Source: Rhina ancylostomus (taxonomy: Eukaryota). Taken from it: a DNA stretch of 64,000 nt. Where the stretch lies: the NCBI GenBank assembly GCA_030265395.1, contig JARFYF010000063.1, positions 55,190,882 through 55,254,881 of the forward strand. Direction: 5' to 3'. Made by a program: the position numbers and the translations under genes. Below the pieces are notes generated by a model that was given only the letters and a program-made list of their open reading frames with translations, was not told the DNA's origin and ran no database searches. Shown in pieces: positions 48,694-62,454 of the stretch (position 1 is the first letter of the stretch; each line of letters opens with the position of its first letter).

Positions 48694-51600
48694 AACCTTT
48701 AAGCCTCTGCGCACAGTCCAGCTCCATCTTAGATGTAAAGCACAAATCTCTTGCAAATTTTGCAAGCTACTCTGCTATCTTGGCTCATAACCTTGCCAGG
48801 ACTAATAGCCTATAACTACAGGAACCAACACAAAGTGTTGTTCTGTGGTAAAGTAAAACAAAAACTTGAATTAAACTTGGTGCATTACCATTAAATATCA
48901 GACAAACGAAAAATATTCAGACCACAAACACGGCACTGCCACAACAAGACAACAACTGTAAATCCAAGTCAATTTCAATTGATCTCGTAAAGAAGTTATA
49001 GCAAGAGTTAAATGGAAAAAGGAAAATTTGCCCAGCTGGATTGTGGAAAGCTGGATCAAGTTTCACATCCAACAATCAATCTTTCTCAGACTCCTGTCCC
49101 TTCCCTTGACCTCAGCAGGAGGAGACTCATTTCATTCTAAGTGCTGGGAGGATGAGATCTCCCATGTGTTGATCAAGTTTCCAACTGACTGTACTTCAGA
49201 ATGACAGCTGGATACAACTGCAACTAATGCACCAGTTGGCAATGTTTTCCTGCTACAATTATCAGGCACAACAATGACGCTACTCCACTCATTTACATGT
49301 CAAGTCACAGCCAGTTCTGTACTTTCCTTTGTTGCAACTTTAAATCATCTGTAGTGCTAATCTTCAGGGAAGCTTGCTCGAGGGTTTTAAGGTAAATGGA
49401 ATAAATACAAAGCCATAAATTTACACAATAAAACTAAACAGCTTTTAGAAGCACTGCTTCATTGCAAGAGGGCATTGCGTGTTACTGTTTAATTATAGCT
49501 TATCCACTTTGGCTGTATGTTGCTCATCTGTATGGGTGATTGCTGCTACAGGCATACTTTATGATCCTGGATACTTCCACATCTGTTTTGCATTTCATGA
49601 GCTGGATTTCAGCAATTCGAAATGTGTGCATGTTTTGGAATGGAGGTGGGGGGGGGCGGGGGGGAGGTGTGGTAGNNNNNNNNNNGTACAAGAAAGCCAA
49701 CTGCAATTAGTTTCTGTCAATGGTAAGCCTTTCAAACAAAAGCATGCAGCAAAAAGGATACAACAATCAAGCAGTCATGTCTTGCTCCTCTGCAGGCAAA
49801 GTGAAATGAATGACATGGATCCGCATATTATCCCTTCTCCCTCCACAATGCCCCAGGAACAGAGGTTGCAATCTGAACGACTCAAAAGAGTAAATAACTG
49901 CTCCAGTTACTACACAGGATAATGTTAATATAGATGACAAAAAGGCAACCGCAATGGAATACTGATTTTAAAATGTCCTTCCTCCTTTTACCTTGGCATA
50001 TACAACGATAGCATCACTGTGCTCCCAATACAAATTCGGAGTGATCCTCAACAAAAGCAGAGGGAATTCTTCCCTCAAAACAATGTGCATGTGGAAAAAT
50101 GGAGCCTGATAGATGGGGAATTCTTTTTTAAAATTTCTTAGGGCAGGCAGCAAGGAACTGAGGGTAAATCAGGTGCCCATTGGACCCGAGCTAACGGAAT
50201 TGTAGGGATACTGGGTGGAATTGAGGAGCTCACTCTCCTTTCTTCATTTTTACTTTCCAACAAGATTTCAGCAATTCCATTCAGTGTACTAAGCCATCAG
50301 ATCAGATAAGCATCAAATCTACCAAGAGCTAATAACAGCGGCCCCTAATGCTCTGAAATTTAACATGAAGGTGGGTCCAATTGGTATTCACATATACCCA
50401 TTGGATGTTTGCGAGAAAACTTGCCCAATTTTGGGCAGCATCATGATACATGAACTCTTTCAGCTTTGCTATACCATCCCTTGACTAACAGAAGCGGTTA
50501 ACCAAAACATGCGAAATGCAATTCAAAAGGCTTAAATGCCAGAATATAGAAATCACATCGACATCAAGATAGGGTCAGCCTTGGCAGAAACTTGCCTTTT
50601 AAAAGCTGCTGATGATGAACATCAGAACGAGGCATTATGGGACCTCTGTCAAATCATATGTAGGCAAGGGGCCAAGATCTTCAGGACTGGAAGGGAGAAA
50701 ACTGGCAAGTTGCATAAAAGGAAAATGCCTTGGTTTCCATAAACTTCAATTTATGGAGGTGCAACTTGATTGGTCGAGCAGGCAGAACAATCAGAATCAC
50801 AAGATGTTCAACATAAAGATGAATAGTGCCTGGGTTTCTTTGGAGCTTGGCTGCCTCAGTATTTGACATTCATTATAGTGGCACAGAAACAAAAAAGGGA
50901 AATACAATTGATTGTAATGAGATAAAAGGAGCAGACTTGGAAGAAAATTAAATCTAGGTGCTTTATTCTACCCTGTTTACAAGATTTTCTGGGCATTTTG
51001 AAGATACTTCATTCAAATACTCCCAAATGCTGATTGTTATGTTCCAATTTTTCACCACTTCACAAATAATGAGCAAGCAATCTCATTTTAGTCCACAGTT
51101 AAAAAACACTAGGATGGACATCTACAGAATAAAAATGCCCGCAAGCTCATTGTACACTTAAGTATAGGATGAAAGGAACATGCAAGTCCTCACTTTGACT
51201 GTCAGATTACTCACATTATTATTTAGTTTGGAAGTAGATGCCAAAAGTCTGAACATGTGTTCACCATTTACAAGAAAAATATATTCAAATGATGCAAAAT
51301 AAGATTCCGCAATAACAAAAAGCTATTCAGGCTTGATCTCATTTTGTGTTGGTGCACAGCTGAAAAAGCAAAACGGACTGGAGTGAACTGCGATTTACTG
51401 ACTTGGGCTGAAATTTGGTTACTCAACCTGATGCCAAGTTAGCCCACCTCAACTTCAGTGATAACCGTGGTAGAACCAGTTACAAAGAGGGGCCTCTTGA
51501 TAACCATCTGGTAGTCAATATCAATTTGTATTTGTGCAGGGCAAGATCAAAAAATTGTTTGCAGTGCTGTCCAAGGTCAAATAGTCTGTTGACTTAAGAT

Positions 51601-52049
51601 GTTGGCTTAATCATGACCATTTCACATTAAGAGACCACTTGGGCCTTATGGAGTTTTATCCACCAGTAATTAGCCCAGAGGAAAAATTGGGGGGGATAGC
51701 TTCAGCATGAACTTTACGTACGATGGCTTCCTCTTACCCCATGCCCTCCCACAACCAATCACTACATTCCTAAAAGTTCAGAAGATCACAAGAGTCAGGT
51801 AACCTAAAATGTATATAGAAAATATATTACTTTCATTGAAAAGTTACATGTCGTGCTGTTAAGGGTGTATCTACACTACAAAAGCTCAGGGACCTTGAAG
51901 GTCTCTGAAGGGATCAGTAGGTATCCACAGAAGTTTTTGGTTTCTAAATAACAATTAAACATAGCACAAAATCTTCAAGAACCATAATACAGAAAACACT
52001 AGTTTTGAGCTTACTCAAAATTAAGGTTGTGTCAGAATATCTGACAGGC

Positions 52050-52400
52050 AATTGTGTATGGGGGAAAAAGCTTCCTCACAATGCCTTAAGGGCTCCTTAC
52101 AAGGAACATCACAATACCTTTCTCTATTTGGTATTAAAAGGGACAGCAACTGATCCAAGAGGGGAAATACAACCATTTTCTGCACAGCAAGATCATAGAT
52201 CTGTTCTTAAATGACATAGGCTAAATGGTTGACAGAAAAGTGGACAGAACTGCACTGTGTTTGGAACAGCATCATTCTTCAGTTGACGGATGGGACTGCA
52301 CTTTAATACCAAACTTAAGACAGCATCTATGTGCAGTACTGAGTAAATACTGTACCGAAGTACCAGCATGGATATCTGCACGTCTCTGGAGAGAGGCTGT
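52050..52400 (-). mobile_element. Deu-domain SINE remnant
   Basis: Minus strand cagtactgcacatagatgctgtcttaagtttggtattaaa resembles the Deu core; ctgcacagcaagatc tail element. Confidence 0.5.
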
Positions 52401-52504
52401 CCTTTCAGCTAAAAACAGGTGTGGGAAATTCTTTTGGGAATCTGTCTGACATTTGCCCTCTAAATAATGCATTAATAAAGACTGATCATTGAACATGACA
52501 TCAT

Positions 52505-52825
52505 CATCAAGGACCCTCACCATCTGGGCTATGCCCTCTTCTCATTGCTGCCATCAGGCAGAAGGTACAGGAGACTGAAGACCCACACTTCTTGACCACT
52601 GCCATCAGGTTCTTGAACTGACCTGAAAACCCCAATCCTACCTCACTCTCAACTTGCACAGCAAAATAAAAGTAAACATAATGGCATTTGTGCAAGTTAT
52701 GAGTAAATATGTTAATTTAAGTTTGTAATTCATGTTTGCAATGTACTGTGCTGCTGTTGCAAAAAGCTAATTTTCATTGCATTTATACCCTGGATACATA
52801 TGCCCATGATAATAAACTTGAACTC
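52505..52825 (+). mobile_element. Rex1-type LINE 3' end
   Basis: IIKDPHHLGYALFSLLPSGRRYRRLKTH peptide; tail gataataaacttgaact. Confidence 0.85.
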
Positions 52826-53911
52826 ATTGTTTGTCATGCTTCACCTTATTAAAGCAATCGACCGTAGAATTCTTCATTTTGTGATTAACAAGCAAAATAA
52901 ATTTTAAAAAAAATAAGATCGCCATCGTAGAACCAAAACTGACGTTGATGGTCCCTGCACAGTGGCCATGGGTTGCACGTGGGAAAATACAATACGAGAC
53001 CTTAAAAAAAAGACCCCTTAAAACCTGAAGCTCAAATGAGGATTAGCTATTCTCATTAGATACAAGGTCATGAAGATAAACTCACATGCTATGTTTCCAG
53101 GTCAGATTTGTTGTTTTATTCCTGAAATCCAATATTAGAATGATTTTACATTTCCTACATAACTGTTACTTCTAATGAAATACAGCACTTGTAATTCAGC
53201 CGCTTGGCTTCTTAAAAAAACATCTGTTCAAAACATTTCTGTCCCATTCTAAATTGGAGACAACGTGGCAAAACTAACCACATATACACCCTGTGCACAA
53301 GCACTAGACATAGCAAGGACTGAATGCTCCAAGATTTATAGGTCAATCCAAATGAACAGGACTTGATTTAATAAATTTACTTTTCCTTTATCCTTTAAAG
53401 CTTTGTTAACAGTCAAGTCCTATTCAATTTGGTTTAAAGTCACTGGGACAGTGAACCAAGTATAGATACATTATTAAGACTTACATGATGCAAATTTTAT
53501 GGCAGACTCATTTGCATCCATTTATAAGTGCAATAGAAAACCAGAAACTTATTTTTCTTTGCAGAAAATACTTCATTGGGTCAGTTAGATATTTAAAGCA
53601 CATTTATATGCACACAAGAACTACCTTTGGGTACTTGGATCGCAAGCCTGGCTTGTGATTCTGGGCAAAATTTCACACTCATGTTAGTAAACAAACTCCC
53701 TTTTCCAGCTGAACAAAAAAACATCCCCACTTAAATCCTAATCAACTTCACTAGCATATTCCAACCTCAAAAGATCATTTCTTTTCAAAAAGTCTGTGAC
53801 GATAAAGCATGTTAATCACAAAAAGATTGAGTCAAAAATTCCTAATAGTTTAAAACAATCAAATCAATTTGTGAGAAGCTTGCAGTCTAGACTTCACCAA
53901 TACACACATTT

Positions 53912-54115
53912 TAGCCAGGCCAAGCAGCATCTGTGGAAAGAGAAACAGTTAGCATATCAAGTCCAGACTGCTGTGAACTAGTTGTGACTAAGGGTCCTAA
54001 AACCAAAACATTAAATATTTCTCTTACCACAGACATTTGCCTGACTGTGGAATATTTCCAGCATTTTCTGGTTGTGTTTCACAGTTCCAACATCTACATT
54101 TTATTTTGATTTTCC
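53912..54115. mobile_element. Palindromic MITE-like element
   Basis: gcagcatctgtggaaagagaaa / tttctcttaccacagacatttgcctgac inverted arms. Confidence 0.65.
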
Positions 54116-55704
54116 ATATTTTAGCCAATTGTGTCCTGGAGGACAATTTCTAAAATTCTCTCATGATTTGATATGTTACTTTAAAATCAACTGTATTTAA
54201 CAGCACTCAAGTTATTTTAAAAAAAAGATTTTCATTAACACTGTTGGTATCCTCTCTTACAGTTGTGGCTGTTTGAAATAAAACTCTGATTCTCCTTCCA
54301 GCAAATGCCTTAACAGATCAGGGAAAAAGGCAAATCCAATGCAACTACTTACAATCAAAATCAGTCTAATCTCACTTAGTGTTAGAAAAAGAGACAATTT
54401 ACCAACATTCTCCTTTGATTAGATTTCACCAGACTGGAGGAAAACAATTCTTGCAGTTTACATGCTATCTTTTTGATGACCAAAGGTAGCCCAGTTTTGA
54501 CTTGGCCAAGGGTTTGCCCCATTTACCTTGAGATTCACTGCTGAAAAGAATGGTTGCTATGCAGCTTTGAGTTAGACTTGCACCTATCTCAGTTAATTAA
54601 CAGGAGTGTAACTGGGCTAATATCGTGCACAAACTGGATTATCCATGCACACATCCGTGGATCCGAACTAGATGCGTGAACGGTCAACAATTTGTACTTA
54701 TGTTGGTAGAGTTAGTAATTTAAATCTGACCAAGTTGATGTTGACCTTTCATGAATTAAATCACATCCTGAACAGGGTTTATAATAAGTAACTTATGTAC
54801 TTCAAATCAGCAGCAGATCCAGGAAGTCAGCCCTTGGACATGTTAATACATGGTAATAAACCACCTTTAGATCCCAGCATTCAGCATATTCTTTCAGTAT
54901 CCTTTCAGAGGCTTCTATTTTGAACACTCAACATACCTCCTATTAAACAATCTGCTTTCTCTACCATTATCATGAAGTGTCATCCAATTAATGACCAATG
55001 CACAGAACTGAGAATTCAGGCAAATCCTGATAAAATTGAACCCCTAGGTAGTTGTGCTGAAGTATTAGAATTTGAGTAAAATTCTGGCAGATTTAAGACA
55101 AAAGGCTAAGCTTCAGAAATAAAATTTCCTGGCCTTCCAGTTATGAATTAGCAGGGATGCTCGACATACAAATAATCCAACCCTATTTTTCAAGATTTGG
55201 GAAATGAGAAGGCATTAACTACATTGAAAACAATTGTTATGACTTGTCTTCTCAGCTAAATGCAAGGAAAAAAAAATAGGGAAAAATGAAGGAAAAGAAC
55301 AGGTGAAACGTTGAACATTTCAAAATTCATACTGACTGACCAGTCAACAAATACCAATAGACATTTTGTCATCTCCTAATTATTGCCTGGGTCACAAGTA
55401 CAAAGGCAAGCCTGTCAAGTCGAGCACAACATGGGTTATGAAGGAGATCAATTGCACTGAAAATATATTCTTTGAAATGTTCATGCATTAAATCTATTAG
55501 AGCATGTCATTTTCTGTGGGATTGATACCAGAAGTAATCTATTTTGAGGGGCAAGGGGAAGGAAGGACAGATGTCAGCTATCCTTACAATGGAGGATCAC
55601 ACACTGGTTTTAAAAGAACTAAAATGGTTCAGAAAATAAATCTAAAGGCTTTGGGACCCAACTTAATCATATGCCAAGTGGCCTCACTACAAAAGGCCTC
55701 CCAT

Positions 55705-56000
55705 ACTCACCATAAAATGTCACACATGTTCCTTTCAGGGATTCCAAAAGCTTCGCAAACAAGATGCATTTTAGGTATAGTTCTTGTTGTAATACTGTAC
55801 CAACTGCAGGTTGGTTATAGAGTTTGATGTCCCATAAACAACCATTTGATAATAAGCAAATTACCTGCTTTAACAATGTTGCCAAAGGACATAAATACTG
55901 GTCAGGACACCAAGGAAAATTGCCCTGGTCCTTAAAATAGTTCCGGGGCTTCTACATCCCAAGATCAAACAGCCTCAGTTTAACAAGTTCAAGAAAGAAC
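55705..56000 (-). mobile_element. Deu-domain SINE (SacSINE1-like) remnant
   Basis: taaatactggtcaggacaccaaggaaaattgccctg...aaatagt...acagcctcagtttaac is the reverse complement of the recalled Deu core. Confidence 0.65.
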
Positions 56001-57329
56001 AGGGAAAGGAGTTTTTTTTTTAAATAGCACAATAAATGACAATGCTTCTGAGAATTTAATAGTGGAGACTCTGCCAGACTGCACACTTCCTAAATGGACA
56101 AGGCCAAGACCACCTTTCCTTTTGTATTTCCTAGATTTGGAGGACATTCAAAAGGTTGACAATTCCGGTCATTTACAGCCACAAAAAGTGACAAATTCTC
56201 TGCACATTGAAGTCTGTTACAGCAGACAATGCCAGTACCTCTGCAAATATTCAGGTGCCAAACAATACATCATAGCTCTGAATCCTCAGTTCATGAGCAA
56301 ACAGGAAGGCCAGTTAGATCAGCAGAGAGTATAGCAGATCGACTTATTGTCCTACTGCTATTGAATTCAGTTCTCATCATGCATTAATGATCAGTTTTGA
56401 ACACATTTATTTGAGCACTAGTTTTAATAAAACTAAGCTGAGCAAAGTTCTTCTGCTCCACAAACAATCACCACCAGCTCTGTGCATAACAGCAGCACTT
56501 TTAGCACCACTTACTCTCTGAACCCCTCCCTTTCTTGTTGGGACATGCACAAGGAAACAGTGCAAAATAGACAGAGACAAGCAGGACATATTACAATTGC
56601 TAAGCAGAGGTAACACAACTTTAAGGAAAATTAGAAAGGAAGTCATGCAGGTGGAAAGGCACAAGGGCTTGAGTTGAGGTAGTGAGACACGCAATTGATG
56701 GCACAGCCGGCTACGTTAGAGGGGGAAGAGGAACAAGCAGGAGGCTATATAATAAAGAAAGGACTGTTGGGATTGGGGGGTGATGGAGCATGGACAGACA
56801 AGGCCCCAGATACTATTTAAATTCAGTAACATGGTGATATGATACATTATTAGATAGGGCAAGCAAGTTTTCACACAGGAATGGACAAGTGGGACTTGAT
56901 GAAACAATATACAAACAGAAAAACTAAAATTTGCACAGGAAATAAGTAGGGAGACCAGACAGAATTTGAGAGGCCAAACTAAAGCAACAAAGCAGAATGG
57001 CAAGCTGAAAAAGCTGGGGGTGAACAATATCCTACTGCGAGGAGTAGGCAGTCTGCAATGCAAGAGCTCTGGGTTAATGTGGGTGCCGAGTTCTGTCAAC
57101 GTTCAAAGCCAGGGCAGCAACCTTGAGGTTTAAGTGTTGTTAATGGAGTAACATCTGGACAAAGGGCAAAAAAAAGCTTGAGACTTTAGGTTTAATAGCA
57201 ATAATTATGAGTCAGGGAAATCATGGCAAGCAAGCAGGCACTCAGAACAGTGGACTTGCCGGAGTGTAGGCTTGGAAAATGGACAGCTTCACTAATACTG
57301 AGAACAGGAGGAACAACAATGGGGGAGGT

Positions 57330-57700
57330 TGGGGGAAGATCAAGTACAAAGAGAGCAGGGTAAATCATGGTCCAGTCAAGTGTCTGGGAAGGATATCATA
57401 ATGCAGCATAGAATGACATTCACAACTTTGGTCAGAGCCATTTCTACAAGTGGTACAGAAAATCAGGTTAAAGAAATTCACAGGCAAGAGACAACACAGT
57501 TGGATATTGAGCACCAGCAACCTCAAATAAAAGGGGTTTAAAGACATACTTTTTTAAAAAAAGTGTAATGACAATAGCAAAAGGTATAGAGGGCTGGATG
57601 AGGGAGAATTACCTGCAATTTCAGCTCAGATGTGGCTGAGGTGGTGGAGTTGAGTGGTCAGAAGCTCAGTGGGAATGGGGTTAGTGGATAAACTACAAAC
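57330..57700 (-). mobile_element. Ancient L2-clade LINE RT remnant
   Basis: Minus strand near 57400-57455 reads EMALTKVVNVIL, resembling the RT motif STETALxKVxNDIL. Confidence 0.45.
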
Positions 57701-57977
57701 ACACGGACAAGATTAACACGATCTGGGCAATGCCCCTTTCTAATCCAAGATTCAATCCAAAGCCTCCAAAATAGTCCTTGCTTAGCACACACCAGAGCTG
57801 CAGCAAATGTTGACATTCGTGTATCAGTGAGCAATCCATATCAGAATCAATCTGTATGCAAGGAAGCTGCTCAGCATTAGCTACAGTGTTTGAAGCATTA
57901 AATACAATTCAAAACAAGAGCAACAAAACAATGCTTCACCTATATTACTTATCCATTCCTCATGACTTCCATGCATC

Positions 57978-58592
57978 NNNNNNNNNNNNNNNNNNNNNNN
58001 NNNNNNNNNNNNNNNNNNNNNNNNNNNNNNNNNNNNNNNNNNNNNNNNNNNNNNNNNNNNNNNNNNNNNNNNNNNNNNNNNNNNNNNNNNNNNNNNNNNN
58101 NNNNNNNNNNNNNNNNNNNNNNNNNNNNNNNNNNNNNNNNNNNNNNNNNNNNNNNNNNNNNNNNNNNNNNNNNNNNNNNNNNNNNNNNNNNNNNNNNNNN
58201 NNNNNNNNNNNNNNNNNNNNNNNNNNNNNNNNNNNNNNNNNNNNNNNNNNNNNNNNNNNNNNNNNNNNNNNNNNNNNNNNNNNNNNNNNNNNNNNNNNNN
58301 NNNNNNNNNNNNNNNNNNNNNNNNNNNNNNNNNNNNNNNNNNNNNNNNNNNNNNNNNNNNNNNNNNNNNNNNNNNNNNNNNNNNNNNNNNNNNNNNNNNN
58401 NNNNNNNNNNNNNNNNNNNNNNNNNNNNNNNNNNNNNNNNNNNNNNNNNNNNNNNNNNNNNNNNNNNNNNNNNNNNNNNNNNNNNNNNNNNNNNNNNNNN
58501 NNNNNNNNNNNNNNNNNNNNNNNNNNNNNNNNNNNNNNNNNNNNNNNNNNNNNNNNNNNNNNNNNNNNNNNNNNNNNNNNNNNNNNNNNNNN
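57978..58592. other. Largest assembly gap (615 N); many smaller N gaps elsewhere
   Basis: Run of N in the sequence. Confidence 1.
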
Positions 58593-58728
58593 ATCAGATT
58601 GACAGTTCCCAACTAATCTGTAATTATTCCAAGAATGATCCAGTTATACTTAAATGCAATACCAATATTAGTTATGCAAGTGTTTTTGAATTCAGTTTCA
58701 CAGAAGATCAAAATCTGAATCCACTCAC

Positions 58729-58842
58729 CCCCAGCCATCTTGCACCCTTGTTGGCTGCTTGTTGTATCTGGACCTTCTTCAAGGTAACATTGTAAACGGC
58801 TCCTTCCTCTACCTCTTCTCCCCAATCTTGGATTGAATTGTG
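58729..58842 (-). CDS. RGL1: RGL1 coding exon (first in window): HNSIQDWGEEVEEGAVYNVTLKKVQIQQAANKGARWLG
   Basis: Manual translation is near-identical to recalled RGL1 SSIQDWGEEVEEGAVYHVTLKRVQIQQAANKGARWLG; acceptor ttcaacag, donor gtgagt; 114 nt, phase 0/0. Confidence 0.93.
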
Positions 58843-61800
58843 CTGTTGAAGATCAAAATCCAAAAGAGTAAATCCTGAGAAATATTATGATAAATGTTTA
58901 AATACAGTTCACTGCAAGGAAAATTTGGACTACTAAGCATTCTGCTCAAAAAACCATGGTCCCAAATAAGTTCCAGTCATGCTCGAGGTATATTAAATAC
59001 ACTAGGGAGACAATTCATTAGACTCGTAAGGAATAAAATTACTTCAAAGTTTGAGCAAATCCCATTCTCCACATGCAGCATAGTCTTTCCACGATGGCAT
59101 TTAATACAGAGATACTTTTAGTATCAACATACAAATCAGTTCCTAAACAGATTGATATTTTGCAATATAGAACTACTATTATCAAATGCAGGACATTGAT
59201 AAATGTACAATACATCAAATCCATATCTTTATGGCCGAGAGCTTGGAAAGCTTGAGGCATCAATCTTAATTCACATTTGATATTGCACAATAATCACAGC
59301 AAGAGCAGCATTTTACTTTGGAGTAAACATGCCGCAAATCTTGTGTTTCAATTTCCCCTACTCTATCAGGGATCAAACTGTTTTTATGGACAGGATTTTT
59401 AAATGAAGGGCAAGCAAAGAAAATAAAATGAGACCAATAGTCAACAAATTAAATCTATTCGACAATGGAAAAAGCAATGCCATACTTTTCAATGACTGAA
59501 CTACCCCAAGGCCAATATATTCAGTGATAAGGAATGCTAGCTCTGGCTTCTGTTCCCTCACAAAAACAAAGCATAGCCAACTGTACCATTTTAGGCTTCC
59601 AAGGCAACCGCATTCGTATTTTCCTCTTCATGATCCTGGCTCTTGGATTCTTAAGCGCTTTGAATTGAAGTTTTAGCAATCCTGTCACACACTTCACTAA
59701 GTTACTGCACTGCTTGGCTCTGCAACAAATCCATTTCTGGCAGAGTTCACTGCAACTCCTCCCACTGTGATGCAAGACTTTCCTGTTTGCCCGAGCTTAA
59801 ACTTTTACTTCCAAAGTCTCTTCACACCCTCTCCACAAAAAGTCTACCTCTGCCATGCAGTAGCACCTCTTGGCTTCATGTTCTTGCGTGCTCAAGACTT
59901 TAGAGGCGAGACCAGAGTCCAGCCCCTCGTGAATAAGGCGCTGGTGAGTGAAAGGCGAGTTTTGTCAGCACTAGAACAAAGGGAAGGAGTGGTGAAGAGG
60001 GGTGGGTTTACAGGCAACATTATCTGCCTGTGTAGACTTGTATGAATAATTAAAACCAGACCAATTCAATTGAGACATATACACTGTACAATTCAGTTGC
60101 CTATTAAAAGAGAAACATCCACAGACAAGTACAAGAAATCTTCTAGCCAAACATACTGTGATCAAATGCAAAACCACTCAAAACAAATAAAAGCAGCTCT
60201 CTATTCACGCTCTGTGTTACACAAGCAGAAGTGCCACTGATACGATGCCAATGAACTCTGAGGATGAAGTCAAGCAAAAGTTATGGTAATTTTTTTTGTG
60301 GGGGCAGGGAAAGGGAGGTGTGGTTTACAGCTTTTTTTTGCATCTTTCCTTCTACCCCTTCTGCAGCATGGTAGAGAGAGAAAGCTAAAGCCACACTAAA
60401 GATGATTAATGTTTGCACAATACTTGGAAGACAAGATTAGTGAAATTTTCACAGTAGAATAAATATTTGCAATTGGAATACAACAAAAAGGACTCGTTCT
60501 GGAAGCAAGTTTTTTTTTAAAAGTGCAATGTTCCTCATTACTATAGTAAAAACATCAAGCCAGGGCTAGCAGGTGGGTTAGGAGCAATAGAAATGGCAGC
60601 AATCAATCATTAAAATCTCTTATTTGTTGACGTGCCTCCCAGCAGGCTCATCCAATGCCGATAGATTCTCAAACTAATTTATAATGTGCAAAATCTAGTT
60701 GAAGTGTAGTAGAGGGTGTCCATTTATCACATACAATTCCAGTACACATAATTACTTAGCCAATTCAAAAAAAATATTGACATGACCAAATCTGGAATTT
60801 GTCAAATATTTTAGCATATTAGTTTTCATGCACATGCTGTTCACGTGTTTAAGTTTTTAAAATTCCCTTAAAGGATTTGATGTTCAAAAACTGTACAAAT
60901 GCAGGTCATTGAAATGTTTGCGAATCCTTTCACAGTACTCAGACTCTTCAAGCAGTGTATCACGATTATCAAACAATACCTCGTTTCCATGGAAATCCAA
61001 GACAATTTATATCTGGACCTAAACAGAGTGACACTGAGATGTGCAGTTCTCTCTGGCATTGAAGACAAGACAGATGTGGAGATAGACATTTGATATATTG
61101 CCTTCACTTCTTTGCTTGAGAATGGAAATAATCAAAATGCACACAAAGGACAGTTTTCAGGTCTTACTCAAAATGTAGTGAACATAAAACATTTCTATTT
61201 AGCTCAAACCCCCATTAGGTTGCATTCATCATAAAAAAAAAGTTCGGTCAGTTCTACTTCAAGGTTGTTTGCTGAAAAGTGTAACTAATGTACAGACAAA
61301 AGTAACAAAGCTGAATTTCTCATGCTACCCATAGCAAAGCAAAATTAAACCAAATATTTCTTTTGCATCGAACCACATAACTGTCATTGTTGTTTGGTAT
61401 TTTACATCCACAGGTGCTGGTCGAGACTAGCCATTTAAAATGTATGATAATCAAGCACAGATTTAATAGCTGTTTCAAATTTCAAGCAAATTTTTATAAC
61501 CAAAGCATAACATTTCCATTTGAAAGTTTGAAAAAGTTGCAATGTAAACTACCAGTCTTAGAATGATTGAAATAAACCATTTTGTAAGTTCTGTCTTTAG
61601 AGAATAAATAGCATTTTAAACCAATTGATTAGAATTTCTTTACCAGTTGTTAACCTGCATTTCTTTGAATGAAAATGCTTTTTTCCCCCCCATTAGATTA
61701 TAATCACAATCCAATTTCACGAGTTCCATTATTCTGGTTTTGTTTATCCTCCTATGACAGACACAAGATCAAATGTAATCACTGCCCCTCCCCACAAGTG

Positions 61801-62454
61801 CCTGCTCATATCAATCAGGCCTTTTAGCCACCCATGTTATTGTGGAAGAGTACACGAACTTCCCAGCCCAACAGGCACACGTCCTGCAGCTGACGAAACT
61901 CTGCCCTTCCAACTGAAGAGTCTGCACCTTCCAACCAACACTGACAGTGGTATGGCCCTATAATTGCCAGTTCTCCCCTCTTCTGCTGACACATTCTCTT
62001 GCATGAAACAACCCCATATTACAGCCCTCTTTCTGCAAAATCCTAATTCATGTCCAGAGAAATGCAACTTCTCATTCTTTGCTCTGCAATTTTCAGCTTC
62101 CCTCCCAAACTTCAGCTTTTCCTTAACCTATCCTTCTTCAATAACAATCCTTCCTGTATATGCAACCTTCACATCTCACTCAAGCCTGCTCCCACATTCT
62201 AGGTGCCACGACATCTTCCCTTTCAGCGTCCACACTCAGTCTTTGAAAACCATCTCATTCTCTGCAAACCCCCATGTGTGAGAGGCTCCCAAATCTCTAG
62301 CGATTCTTCCAGAAAATCCCCATTCAGCAATGAACAGACTTCATGCCCTGATACAGCATTGCAACTCCTAACTCAGTCCCTAAATCCTTGAGTGATGCCT
62401 ACATTTAAAAGCCTTTCCCCATTCACATTTTAATAGTCAGCAATTACCCTGGGA

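Noticed and set aside
57856-58795. 243-277 aa ORFs
   Set aside because: Artefacts of translating through the 615-N gap
10640-58842. Assignment to RALGDS, RGL2 or RGL3
   Set aside because: Diagnostic peptides (WGEEVEEGAVY, VEGDQxPPGHT, FANLDSSVKENQKRTQ, C-terminal SKVTL) match recalled RGL1
61880-61928. GAC-GAAA...CUGAAGA-GUC arrangement resembling a type II hammerhead
   Set aside because: Only 14 nt lie between the boxes and they cannot form stems III and I; likely chance
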